IMG/VR virus record: IMGVR_UViG_2541047691_000016 | DNA: 39,162 nt | From: a virus | Taxonomy: Duplodnaviria > Heunggongvirae > Uroviricota > Caudoviricetes | Strand: one strand, 5' to 3' | Shown here: in pieces, positions 1 through 8,398 of the stretch | Layout: each line of letters starts with the position of its first letter | Position numbering within the stretch: the stretch's first letter is position 1 | Position numbers and translations under genes: made by a program | The notes under the pieces: model-generated | Seen by the model: the letters and a program-made list of their open reading frames with translations, nothing else | Databases searched by the model: none | Told to the model about the DNA's origin: nothing

Positions 1-56
1 AGTCTTGAGTCTTGAGTCTTGAGTCTTGAGTCTTGAGTCTTGAGTCTTGAGTCTTA
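1..56 (-). repeat. Heptanucleotide tandem repeat (AAGACTC)n on the coding strand; at least 7 full units plus one unit cut by the window edge
   Basis: Plus strand reads agtcttg x7 (1-49) then agtctta (50-56); the array runs off the left edge so total copy number cannot be counted. Confidence 0.95.
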
Positions 57-60
57 ACAT
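1..60 (-). CDS. neuO: 5' end of phase-variable polysialic acid O-acetyltransferase (partial; gene body lies beyond the window)
   Basis: Minus strand reads ATG (60..58) TTA AGA CTC AAG ACT CAA GAC TCA ... = M L R L K T Q D S with no stop through the repeats; GGA 7 nt upstream as RBS; position next to a CUS-3-type endosialidase tailspike matches the known neuO locus. Confidence 0.6.
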   Translation of the reverse strand, partial: MLRLKTQDSRLKTQDSRLKT

Positions 61-76
61 ATTAGTATCCTACGTT

Positions 77-104
77 ATTTTACCACTAGTTACTTTTCTT
101 GTCA
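77..104 (-). promoter_or_regulatory. Putative sigma70 promoter for neuO (-35 TGACAA, 16-bp spacer, -10 TAAAAT) in an AT-rich intergenic region
   Basis: Hexamers read on the minus strand upstream of the neuO start; motif match only. Confidence 0.3.
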
Positions 105-213
105 TTAAAAAGCATTTAAATTTTTATATTTAATTTCGTTGACGTCAATGTTTTTTGCCAATGTACTTACTTCTTTATGTGATCAGTTCATATTTTTGAC
201 GCCAACGAAACAT

Positions 214-2649
214 TTAGTGCTTCCCTTCTATTAAGTCTAACCTAGCTTTTATTCTTTCTATTTCTCTGCGCTGCCATGCTGCCTCGATATAGAATAAGAG
301 ATCAGGTCTGACCCCCCATCTAGATCCTGCTGGCGTTATTTCAACGCGCTCAATGATGTCTTCCATTACCATCACTGGATTATCATCCTCATCAACAATG
401 ATGCTCCCGTCATTATCAGTCAGCGGCATTTCCCTTTGGCCAGTAATGACGTCATCATATACTGCGGGATAATCGTCATAGCAAAGAAAGGCATAGCGGC
501 ATGTTGTGCTTTCTTCTTCCATGAGTCCGTGAGAAATAAGAACATCACGAAGTTGCTGCGCGATTACACCATGATGTATCCTCGCCCCTTCTTCCCCCTT
601 TATAGCGACAGCGTTCAGCCATTTATAAGCGATATACCTGACGTCACCCCAGGCATCCAGCAATGTTTCGTCAGGAGAGACCGGCTCTGTCTTTAATGTT
701 CCGTCACTGGTAACCACAGGATTGGAGCCAAGATAAACTATCGAGAACCTGTTTCCCGGACCACCAAGAGCATTTACATTATCAAGATAAGGTTTAACAT
801 CTCCGTTCTCAAAAAGATGTTCGAGTGCGTTATATACCGCGCGACGTGGAGTACTGCTTCTGGAACCATGCAACGTTATCATTGCACCATCTGCTGAAGA
901 CGTTGTTTCACCGCCGCTAACGATTAATCTCTGAGCGGTAACATCATCAGACGGTACTTTCTTCGCAATAATGGCGTAATTACCCTCAAGTTTGACTTCC
1001 GCGCGAACTTGTCCTGATGTACCTGCATGGACAGTCAGTGACTGGACGGCAACATCATCTGTGAAATCAACGGGTACAGGAACCGTCCTCACGCCTGACG
1101 TCGACATAAAAGTAGGAAGCGTTCTGTTAGGAGTGGCTCCGTAGACAAAATCCCTTGAAACAAATTCTTCCTGTTTAATTTTCACCCTGAAACAATACAA
1201 ATCAGCCGGGTGACCATCGTGAACATAAGGATATTTTCTGTTGTTATCCCCTATGCTCCATGGGTTTAGAAAGTCTTCCCCACCGAAAATGTAGTACAGC
1301 CAGTTGTCTTTGATACAAACTGAACCAACACCAACCGCAGAGTTAACTATTCCGCCCTGATAAATCTGATCAGTAACATTAACCCACTCTACATTATCCA
1401 GACTCCACTCATTGACGTTAACTCTGGTCATAAATGTTCTTGGATAGTTTCCTGCATAACGGTTATCAGGTTCTCCTCCTTCCCACTCACCAAATGCGCG
1501 CTCACTGCCAAAAATAATCAGCTCATCGCCAACTTTGGCAAAAGGAAGGTTTGAGTGATGAACATTATTTGGGAAGCGAAGAGAATTCCATGATGTACCT
1601 AAATCAGAGCTTCTGTGCAATGAACTACCGGGTTGAGTACTTAATGTCCCCCTGGTCGTCAGATACAGAATGCCATCATAATATTTTACACATGGCTCAG
1701 ATGCATTCGCCTCATATTCTGCAGGTATGCGTCTGCGAACAAAGCTACCAGGAGAACCGAAAGCATCAGAGAAATAGAGTATCCCAAGCTCGCGTGGACC
1801 AATATCACCATTATGGTAGCCAACAGCAAAACTGTTATCGCTAATCGTCGCAAAACTGTGAATCTCAGTAACAGGAGTGCTTCCGTCAACAAAAGAAGGA
1901 ATAGTTCCAAGACTGGTTTTTCTCCATGGTGACGAGTGAAATGATGTACCAAAACTCCAGTATCTACCCTCGTTATTCTGATCCACATCCTGGGTATTTT
2001 GCGTCGTAACTGTAAAAGTATTTTTATCAATAACAGTAGTCACCGTCATATTCCCGGTAACACCTGTAACACCAGAGTTTGAGAAGTTGACAAAATCACC
2101 AGCAAATAATCCGTGATCAGTAATGCGAATATAAGCGACTTGCTGATTTGCTGCTTTCGTTATACCACCATAAACGCGAAGGCTGCGACTCATTGGGCGA
2201 TCCCACAACTCTGCAACCTGCAGTTTATTTCCGCTCACGGTCCGCGTCTCAATTACAGCAAAAAGGCGATTTCTGACAACCCCCATACTCATGCAGTGAT
2301 AGTTAACTGTGGGATAGTTTTCATGTAAATCTGTAAGCCATTCCGGCGTTGTCCAGGTCTTCCCGTCATCTCCTGAGCGAACCCATGCAACATGGAGGTT
2401 ATTTACACCATGGCGGTCTCCAGCCATAAAAGGCGCATAGATGACATTGTCATATACAAACGTTTTATCCTGCGTCCAGGCGTTGTACCACGGTGTATCT
2501 GTAATTTTAAATAACTCTCCCTGGATAAAATCTTCAGAAACATAAAAAAGAGGCTGACCCGGTATTCTCTCAAATAAAAAACGAGCATTTTTAAATCGAC
2601 TGACATCTGGAAGAGTTGATACTTTAAAAGTAAGCCCTCGCCCATCTAT
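214..2649 (-). pseudogene. Tailspike endosialidase (endo-N-acetylneuraminidase), catalytic and C-terminal chaperone part; separated from its head-binding domain by IS2
   Basis: Translation aligns along its length with endoNF-type endosialidase (IPGQPL, DGKTWTTPEWLTDLH, PMSRSL, NFSNSGVTGV, RIHHGVIAQQLRDV motifs as recalled); the ORF-track start at 2676 is a GTG inside the IS2 terminal repeat, so the first 9 codons are IS-derived. Confidence 0.85.
2645..2649. repeat. IS2 target-site duplication copy (TCTAT)
   Basis: Identical 5-mer directly flanks both IS2 ends (2645-2649 and 3981-3985). Confidence 0.85.
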
Positions 2650-2660
2650 TGGATTTGCCC

Positions 2661-3566
2661 CTATATTTCCAGACACCTGTTATCACTTAACCCATTACTG
2701 GCTTGCTGCCGTAGATATTCCCGTGGCGAGCGATAACCCAGTGCACTATGCGGATGCCATTCGTTATAATGCTCGAACGCCTCTGCAAGGTTCTTTGCTG
2801 CCGTTAACCCGTCTGGTTTGGGCATGACACTGATGTAGTCACGCTTTATCGTTTTCACGAAGCTCTCTGCTATGCCGTTACTCTCCGGACTCCGCACCGC
2901 CGTGCTCTTCGGTTCAAGCCCCAACATCCGGGCAAACTGCCGTGTTTCATTAGCCCGGTAGCATGAACCATTATCCGTCAGCCACTCTACTGGAGACGCC
3001 GGAAGCTCGTTGCCGAAGCGGCGTTCCACCGCTCCCAGCATGACGTCCTGTACTGTTTCACTGTTGAAGCCGCCCGTAGTGACCGCCCAGTGCAGTGCCT
3101 CACGGTCACAGCAGTCCAGCGCGAACGTGACTCGCAGTTTTTCTCCGTTATCACAGCGGAACTCGAACCCGTCAGAGCACCATCGCTGATTACTTTCTTT
3201 CACAGCCACTCTGCCTGTATGTGCCCGTTTCGATGGCGGTACAGCAGGTTTTCGCTCAAGCAACAGCGCATTCTGGCGCATGATCCGGTAAACACGTTTG
3301 GCATTGATCGCAGGCATACCATCAAGTTCTGCCTGTCTGCGAAGCAGCGCCCATACCCGACGATAACCATACGTGGGCAGCTCTCCGATAACATGGTGTA
3401 TACGGAGAAGCACATCCGTATCATCAGTGTGACGACTGCGGCGGCCATCCATCCAGTCATCGGTTCGTCTGAGAATGACGTGCAACTGCGCACGCGACAC
3501 CCGGAGACAACGGCTGACTAAGCTTACTCCCCATCCCCGGGCAATAAGGGCGCGTGCGCTATCCAC
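2661..3566 (-). CDS. insD: IS2 transposase OrfB (InsD, DDE integrase domain)
   Basis: 301-aa ORF recognised as IS2 InsD; overlaps insC as expected for the -1 frameshift fusion. Confidence 0.9.
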
Positions 3567-3889
3567 TTTTTTGCCCGTCCATATTCAACGGCTTCTTTGA
3601 GGAGTTCATTTTCCATCGTTTTCTTGCCGAGCAGGCGCTGGAGTTCTTTAATCTGCTTCATGGCGGCAGCAAGTTCAGAGGCAGGAACAACCTGTTCTCC
3701 GGCGGCGACAGCAGTAAGACTTCCTTCCTGGTATTGCTTACGCCAGAGAAATAACTGGCTGGCTGCTACACCATGTTGCCGGGCAACGAGGGAGACCGTC
3801 ATCCCTGGTTCAAAGCTCTGCTGAACAATTGCGATCTTTTCCTGTGTGGTACGCCGTCTGCGTTTCTCCGGTCCTAAGACATCAATCAT
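3524..3889 (-). CDS. insC: IS2 OrfA (InsC, HTH regulator/transposase N-terminal part)
   Basis: Translation from the ATG at 3889 ([18 protein letters not shown]...) matches IS2 InsC; the ORF-track start at 3934 is an upstream extension. Confidence 0.88.
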
Positions 3890-3964
3890 CTGCTCTCCAA
3901 TGACTAGTCTAAAAACTAGTATTAAGACTATCACTTAAATAAGTGATATTGGTTGTCTGGAGAT

Positions 3965-4495
3965 TCAGGGGGCCAGTCTATCTATCTTTTCACCACCTGT
4001 TGCAACAGAAAGTAATTCTGATAGAGCTGATGTATCATCATGAACACCATCACCAATAGCCCCCCACCCTCTTACATCATAACTGTCTCTCCATCTTGCT
4101 ATCTGAAGTTTTGGGTATTTATTCGCTCCATCTGTGTCTTCTAATTGCTGCCGTAACTGATCAGGATCATACTTCAGCACATTAGGAAAATAGAACTGCT
4201 GCGCACCATACGCATCATAAACAGCCATAGAATGGCCTTGCACGGTAACGAATTTGGCAATCTGTCCGTTATATACCGGATATCCAGCAGCGTTAATGAT
4301 TATTGGTTGCGAAACAGGAACGTGAGAACCGTCTTCATTCTCCACATAGACCTGAATCTGGTTTTCTGTATTTACAGGATCAGTGTCAATTTTACCGATA
4401 TAAATTTTGCCATTGGCTACGGCTTTAAAAGAACGCGCCATAGTGAAGAGTTGCGAAGGCATCGATACGATCACATTGGCTGTAATGTCTGTCAT
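3965..4495 (-). pseudogene. Tailspike N-terminal head-binding domain (P22 gp9-like); native sequence is 4495..3986, then the frame runs into IS2 and stops at 3965
   Basis: [40 protein letters not shown]... closely resembles the P22 tailspike N-terminus; the last residues (DRLAP) are IS2-encoded. Confidence 0.88.
3981..3985. repeat. IS2 target-site duplication copy (TCTAT)
   Basis: See partner repeat at 2645-2649. Confidence 0.85.
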
Positions 4496-4553
4496 TTAAT
4501 TTGCTCCAGATACAAGGAATCGCCGAAGCATGGCTACGGTGAATTTTGGGCAT

Positions 4554-4576
4554 AAAAAAACCCAGCCGAAGCTGGG
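4554..4576 (-). terminator. Intrinsic terminator downstream of ant
   Basis: Minus strand: CCCAGC-UUCG-GCUGGG hairpin followed by a U7 run. Confidence 0.6.
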
Positions 4577-4595
4577 TCGTTGCGTTGGTTATCTA

Positions 4596-5498
4596 TCAGT
4601 AGTTATGTACTGAAGGAGGTAATTCTTTATTCTTAAGTCTCATCCATGCGGAAAGATTCGTTGGTCCGTCTGGCTCATTAATATCAACATCTCGTGTATG
4701 GTTGATTAAAACATCTCTCGCCATTCCGATAACATACGAGAATTCATGACCGTAGTCGTAGCATCTGCCGGAATAGTTCGATTGAATTTGTTTTAGCGCC
4801 TGATACAGTTCGCGGAATAATGCCTGTGAGCGGTTGGCATAATCCCATAGCCATACAAGGCTGTTTACTTCTTTTGCAGAAAGCTCGTTGGTTTTCTTCT
4901 CTTGTTTGCCGATGAACTCACCTTCAAGCACTACCCTGTGGATGTACTCTACTGCTTGTGGTATCTGAGATGCATCAAGCTCTTCAATACTTTCCACATT
5001 GAAACGCTGATGAATCATTGCATAAGCTTCTGGGTACATTAGATGCTTTTTGCTGACTAGCATATTTACAGCATCACGAAGCGGAGTCCTGTCATCAACA
5101 GATGTTTTCTTCCGTGCATTTGCTGCCTCTCCCTTTGTCCAGTAGTCATGCAGCACAGTAAAGCATTCTTCCTGGTACTGAATCAGTTTATCGCGGATGT
5201 CAGCACGAACTTTCTCAGGGTTGATGCTGAACAGCCATCCATTTAACTTCTTCAAAGGAAGGCAGAGTAGCTTACGAAGCTTACCATCAGCGGCAACCAT
5301 GTTCATATGAACACAGTTGAATTTGCTAATCTGCTTCATGAGTTTTGTTTGCTGCGTTGACCAGCTCATTCCGAGGTTTTCAACGATTGGCTTCATCGCA
5401 ACATATGCAACTCCGGCAGCCATGGCGGTGATAATTTGCTGACCGTTGAATGGCACGTAAGAGGTGTTCACTGCTTCTAAAATTGCTATACTATTCAT
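4596..5498 (-). CDS. ant: Antirepressor Ant (P22 Ant-like, 300 aa)
   Basis: [26 protein letters not shown]... from the ATG at 5498 with GGAG RBS; the ORF-track start at 5564 is an in-frame upstream extension. Confidence 0.88.
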   Translation of the reverse strand: MNSIAILEAVNTSYVPFNGQQIITAMAAGVAYVAMKPIVENLGMSWSTQQTKLMKQISKFNCVHMNMVAADGKLRKLLCLPLKKLNGWLFSINPEKVRADIRDKLIQYQEECFTVLHDYWTKGEAANARKKTSVDDRTPLRDAVNMLVSKKHLMYPEAYAMIHQRFNVESIEELDASQIPQAVEYIHRVVLEGEFIGKQEKKTNELSAKEVNSLVWLWDYANRSQALFRELYQALKQIQSNYSGRCYDYGHEFSYVIGMARDVLINHTRDVDINEPDGPTNLSAWMRLKNKELPPSVHNY

Positions 5499-5577
5499 GT
5501 TGGTTTTTCTCCACGGATTTACCGACAACCGAAGCCCTGACTGTTCCAGCAGTTGGGGCTTCACTGTTTTGATTTCT
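5499..5577 (+). ncRNA. Candidate sar-like antisense RNA complementary to the ant ribosome-binding region
   Basis: Extended -10 (TGcTATACT, 5484-5492) on the plus strand inside the ant 5' end; GAAGCCC/GGGCTTC hairpin (5531-5562) followed by a U-rich tract; arrangement matches P22 sar. Confidence 0.4.
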
Positions 5578-5730
5578 TTGCCGCATCAAGCATCACTTCT
5601 GAAAACGTGCGCTTGCCACTGAATACTCTTTCTCTTCTCAATTTTTCGTTCGTGCCAAATGATTCGCCATGAACAAAATTTGGTCTTAAAATGGTAATCG
5701 CAATCTCTTTGACTACTGCATCCAAGCGAA

Positions 5731-5883
5731 TCACACCGTTACCCCCTCTCTCTTCAGGCTGTCTATCAGGCGCTTGATAACCTCTGAGTTAAACGACCTG
5801 CACTCTTCCTTTGCCCTGCTACCGATAGCATCCTTTAACGACTGCGGCATCCTTACCAAAATCTTACTTATTTCTTTCTCCAT
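5731..5883 (-). CDS. arc: Arc-like ribbon-helix-helix repressor (50 aa)
   Basis: MEKEISKILVRMPQSLKDAIGSRAKEECRSFNSEVIKRLIDSLKREG resembles P22 Arc; GGAGGG RBS upstream of the ATG at 5883. Confidence 0.8.
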   Translation of the reverse strand: MEKEISKILVRMPQSLKDAIGSRAKEECRSFNSEVIKRLIDSLKREGVTV

Positions 5884-5997
5884 GTTACCCTCCACGCAAA
5901 CAACTCTTTTCGAATACAAAAGATAGCAAAGTGAGTATATCTAGTCAAAATTTTTTTGCATACACTTTGCTATCAAATTGAATACCAAAGGTGTTAT
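5884..5997. promoter_or_regulatory. Divergent Pant/Pmnt control region with candidate Arc/Mnt operators
   Basis: Lies between divergent arc and mnt; perfect 11-bp inverted repeat ATAGCAAAGTG (5923-5933) / CACTTTGCTAT (5963-5973), each embedded in AGATA...TATCT-like symmetry. Confidence 0.5.
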
Positions 5998-6246
5998 ATG
6001 GCAAAGGGTGTGTCAATTTCTCCAACTACGGTAAGAATCCCTGAATCTTTACGCGAGGCTCTTGCTGTCAGAGCATCAAAAAATGGTCGCTCTGTTAACT
6101 CCGAGATCGTCATGATTTTGCAAGCCGCGATTGATGAAGATAGGTCGCCAAAGTCAGTTGAGTCATTTGCTCAGCAAGAAGCTGATAAATTCAAAGAGGC
6201 GCTACTTGAGACGCTAAAGACCATGTATGCTAAGGATGAAAAATAA
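5998..6246 (+). CDS. mnt: Mnt-like ribbon-helix-helix repressor (82 aa)
   Basis: MAKGVSISPTTVRIPESLREALAVRASKNGRSVNSEIV... with a C-terminus like P22 Mnt; the ORF-track start at 5956 is an upstream extension. Confidence 0.75.
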   Translation: MAKGVSISPTTVRIPESLREALAVRASKNGRSVNSEIVMILQAAIDEDRSPKSVESFAQQEADKFKEALLETLKTMYAKDEK

Positions 6247-6782
6247 TGCTGCACACAATTCATTTCTTATGCCCTGTTAACACTGCCACTGTTGGGCAAC
6301 TTCAGAACCACTGTCTCACCGCATTATCTCAAGGCGCAACTGAATTAAATATCCATATATCAAGTCAGGGAGGGGAAACTGCTGCTGGCTTTACTGCGTA
6401 TAACTTTCTTAAGTCACTCCCTGTTACCGTTAGAACTCACAACATAAGCAATGTTGAATCCATAGCTAATATCGTTTTCCTGGCTGGCTCAGAACGTTTC
6501 GCAAACCCATTATCAAGATTCCTGTTACATCCTCTATTATGGTGCTTTGCCTCCCCAGCCGCCGACCATGCCAGATTGAGAGAGTACGGGAAATGCCTCG
6601 ATAACGATCTTGATCGCTTCGTTGAGACGTTCAATATCGACATCGGAACCCATATTAGGTGGGCATCCCTGATAGCAGACTCGACCATTTTGGATGCTAA
6701 CAAGGCTCTTGAGCATGGCATAATTAATTCCATAAAAACTGCAAGGCTGGCATCCAATCAGGCAAACTGGTGGGTTGTTTGA
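6246..6782 (+). CDS. Truncated ClpP-family (S14) serine peptidase-like protein, 178 aa, translationally coupled to mnt
   Basis: ISSQGGETAAGFTAYNF...SNVESIANIVFLAGSERFANPLSRFLLHP aligns with the ClpP core (INSPGG..AG..IYD..GQAASMG..LLTAGAKGKRF..NSRVMIHQP), with Ser, His and a candidate Asp in register; about 40 N-terminal ClpP residues are absent; start overlaps the mnt stop (TAATG). Confidence 0.65.
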   Translation: MLHTIHFLCPVNTATVGQLQNHCLTALSQGATELNIHISSQGGETAAGFTAYNFLKSLPVTVRTHNISNVESIANIVFLAGSERFANPLSRFLLHPLLWCFASPAADHARLREYGKCLDNDLDRFVETFNIDIGTHIRWASLIADSTILDANKALEHGIINSIKTARLASNQANWWVV

Positions 6783-6807
6783 TGGGTAAATCATGATTAC
6801 TCCTTAT

Positions 6808-6834
6808 AAAAAACCCACCTGACGGTGGGTTTAG
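6808..6834. terminator. Bidirectional intrinsic terminator between convergent genes
   Basis: AAACCCACC-TGAC-GGTGGGTTT hairpin with A/T runs on both sides; overlaps the stop codon of the 149-aa gene. Confidence 0.65.
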
Positions 6835-7280
6835 TCAAACATAGTGTTTCTAAAGTCTCTCGCATACCCTGCTAACACTCTCATTCTATTATGATTGTTA
6901 GCAGACATGTGAGCTACAGGATGAAAAAGAGCAATCAATGAATACCTGTTCTCATCAAAAAGATTTTGTGCATAAACGAGAGCGGTATTGGATGTTTTAT
7001 GCCACTGCAACTTTTGCGGTGTGCTGATATCTGTGCCATTTTTTATTGGCTCAAATTTATTTTCACCAATTGCTAAATGAAGGTGCATAAGGCCTGCATC
7101 TTCAATATCAGGAGGTCGATGATAAGAGGTGTCTCTGCCAAAATAGCTGGGCAACGTTCCCGTAGACTTGTAGATGATAAAATCATCTACAAGTGTTTGT
7201 TTTAAATCAGGAAACTCAACAAAAACCGGGGAGAAAAAATAGTCAAAACTATCCTGATTATATTCCACGGTTACTTGCAT
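6831..7280 (-). CDS. Hypothetical protein, 149 aa (distal gene of the AT-rich immI two-gene operon)
   Basis: ORF with GAGG RBS 8 nt after the upstream stop; AT-rich; no family recognised. Confidence 0.6.
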   Translation of the reverse strand: MQVTVEYNQDSFDYFFSPVFVEFPDLKQTLVDDFIIYKSTGTLPSYFGRDTSYHRPPDIEDAGLMHLHLAIGENKFEPIKNGTDISTPQKLQWHKTSNTALVYAQNLFDENRYSLIALFHPVAHMSANNHNRMRVLAGYARDFRNTMFD

Positions 7281-7288
7281 GTTTTACC

Positions 7289-7855
7289 TCAGTGGAAGTT
7301 ACCAGAGTGAAACACACGAGTCCCGTGCTCAGCAAGCGCACGCAAACCAGCCATATCTACGGAACTATCAAAAACAACCGGAACACATGAGCGTTGTTTA
7401 ATAAGACTATTCAGGTTGGTTACGGCAGATCTGGCATCAGCAACAACGATATAGATATCTCTTGCGATCTCTTTAAAATCAGCAGAAGCTTCTTTGAATA
7501 CCGATTTCATTGCCCCTTCAAGTCCTCTCAATTGATGCTCTATCAATCGAGACTTTTCTGGTTCAATGATAGACAACACATTGTCTACATTCTCATCGGT
7601 AGCGTTTGCAAGAACACGATAAGCGTATTTCAGCATTCGAGACAATTCTTTAATCGAAGACACCGCCTCATGAAGCTCATCATTAGCCCGTTCACTGCTG
7701 AATGAGGATTGATGGTAAGCGTGCTGAACGTTATCAGTAACAACCACCTCACAACTGAACGCAGAAGCTTGCTGTAATAGCAAACCTATTGCGACTCCAG
7801 CTTTGGCAGCGTTCAAGCTAAACATTTCATCAATCCCATTAGTCTCATTGCTCAT
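7289..7855 (-). CDS. Hypothetical protein, 188 aa (proximal gene of the immI two-gene operon)
   Basis: ATG at 7855 preceded by AAGGAGG with a 5-nt spacer; the ORF-track start at 7885 is an extension; no family recognised. Confidence 0.6.
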   Translation of the reverse strand: MSNETNGIDEMFSLNAAKAGVAIGLLLQQASAFSCEVVVTDNVQHAYHQSSFSSERANDELHEAVSSIKELSRMLKYAYRVLANATDENVDNVLSIIEPEKSRLIEHQLRGLEGAMKSVFKEASADFKEIARDIYIVVADARSAVTNLNSLIKQRSCVPVVFDSSVDMAGLRALAEHGTRVFHSGNFH

Positions 7856-8030
7856 ACAAACCTCCTTCTTATCGGAGATTATCAATAGCTATGCATCCAT
7901 TGAATACACGCTATGCGCAATAAGTTTACGTCACGTGATATCATTATGCAACCACCGTTCTATCACCGACTAACTTTACTCCCACTCCTATACATCATCT
8001 GGTATCCTGCGCAAAACTAAGGAGGTTGGT

Positions 8031-8381
8031 GTGAATGCTCAGTCTGTCATCATGGTTTTCCTTGGGCTGATTGTCGCAAAACTATATCCAGACTGGTGGA
8101 AAGGGGCATTAGCTACTGTCGCCATCTATTTGCTTTTATCCATCGTTAAGCGATCACTCGCTGAGACCGTAAATCAAGCAAAACGTTTCTCATTTAAGAG
8201 TTTAATAAACTATGTTACTGGGCTTATTTTTTGCCTTTCAATTCTGATCGCTTCGGCTTTTTTGCCCGTATCAATAGCTAATTTTTTTGGCGCACCATAT
8301 GAGGTAGGTTATCTATTCTCTGTTTCCTGTCTTGCCATTGCTCTTCTTTACCTGTGGACGAGATCAAAGAATAAAAATTAG
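8031..8381 (+). CDS. Small multi-pass membrane protein (116 aa), divergent from the two-gene operon; positional analogue of P22 sieA
   Basis: GTG start with TAAGGAGG RBS (8018-8025); three to four hydrophobic segments; no sequence-level identification. Confidence 0.55.
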   Translation: MNAQSVIMVFLGLIVAKLYPDWWKGALATVAIYLLLSIVKRSLAETVNQAKRFSFKSLINYVTGLIFCLSILIASAFLPVSIANFFGAPYEVGYLFSVSCLAIALLYLWTRSKNKN

Positions 8382-8398
8382 CCATCCGTGGCTGCCAG

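Larger units (their letters stand above)
2650..3980 (-). mobile_element. IS2 insertion sequence (IS3 family), 1331 bp, complete with both terminal inverted repeats
   Basis: Ends read TGGATTTGCCCCTATATTTCCAGACA at 2650 and ...GGAGATTCAGGGGGCCAGTCTA at 3980; encodes InsC and InsD in overlapping frames; flanked by TCTAT. Confidence 0.92.

Noticed and set aside
1-56. Possible CRISPR array, from the regular short repeats
   Set aside because: The units are 7 bp and contiguous with no spacers; this is a coding-region tandem repeat, not a CRISPR array.
1551-2328. Several 70-115 aa ORFs on both strands inside the tailspike gene (for example 1686..2030 minus, 2113..2328 plus)
   Set aside because: They are fully embedded in a long ORF with clear endosialidase homology and have low-complexity translations.
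2650-2676. ORF-track start of the 820-aa tailspike ORF at 2676
   Set aside because: The start is a GTG inside the IS2 terminal inverted repeat; the first nine codons are IS-derived, so this is an insertion-created fusion and not the native start.
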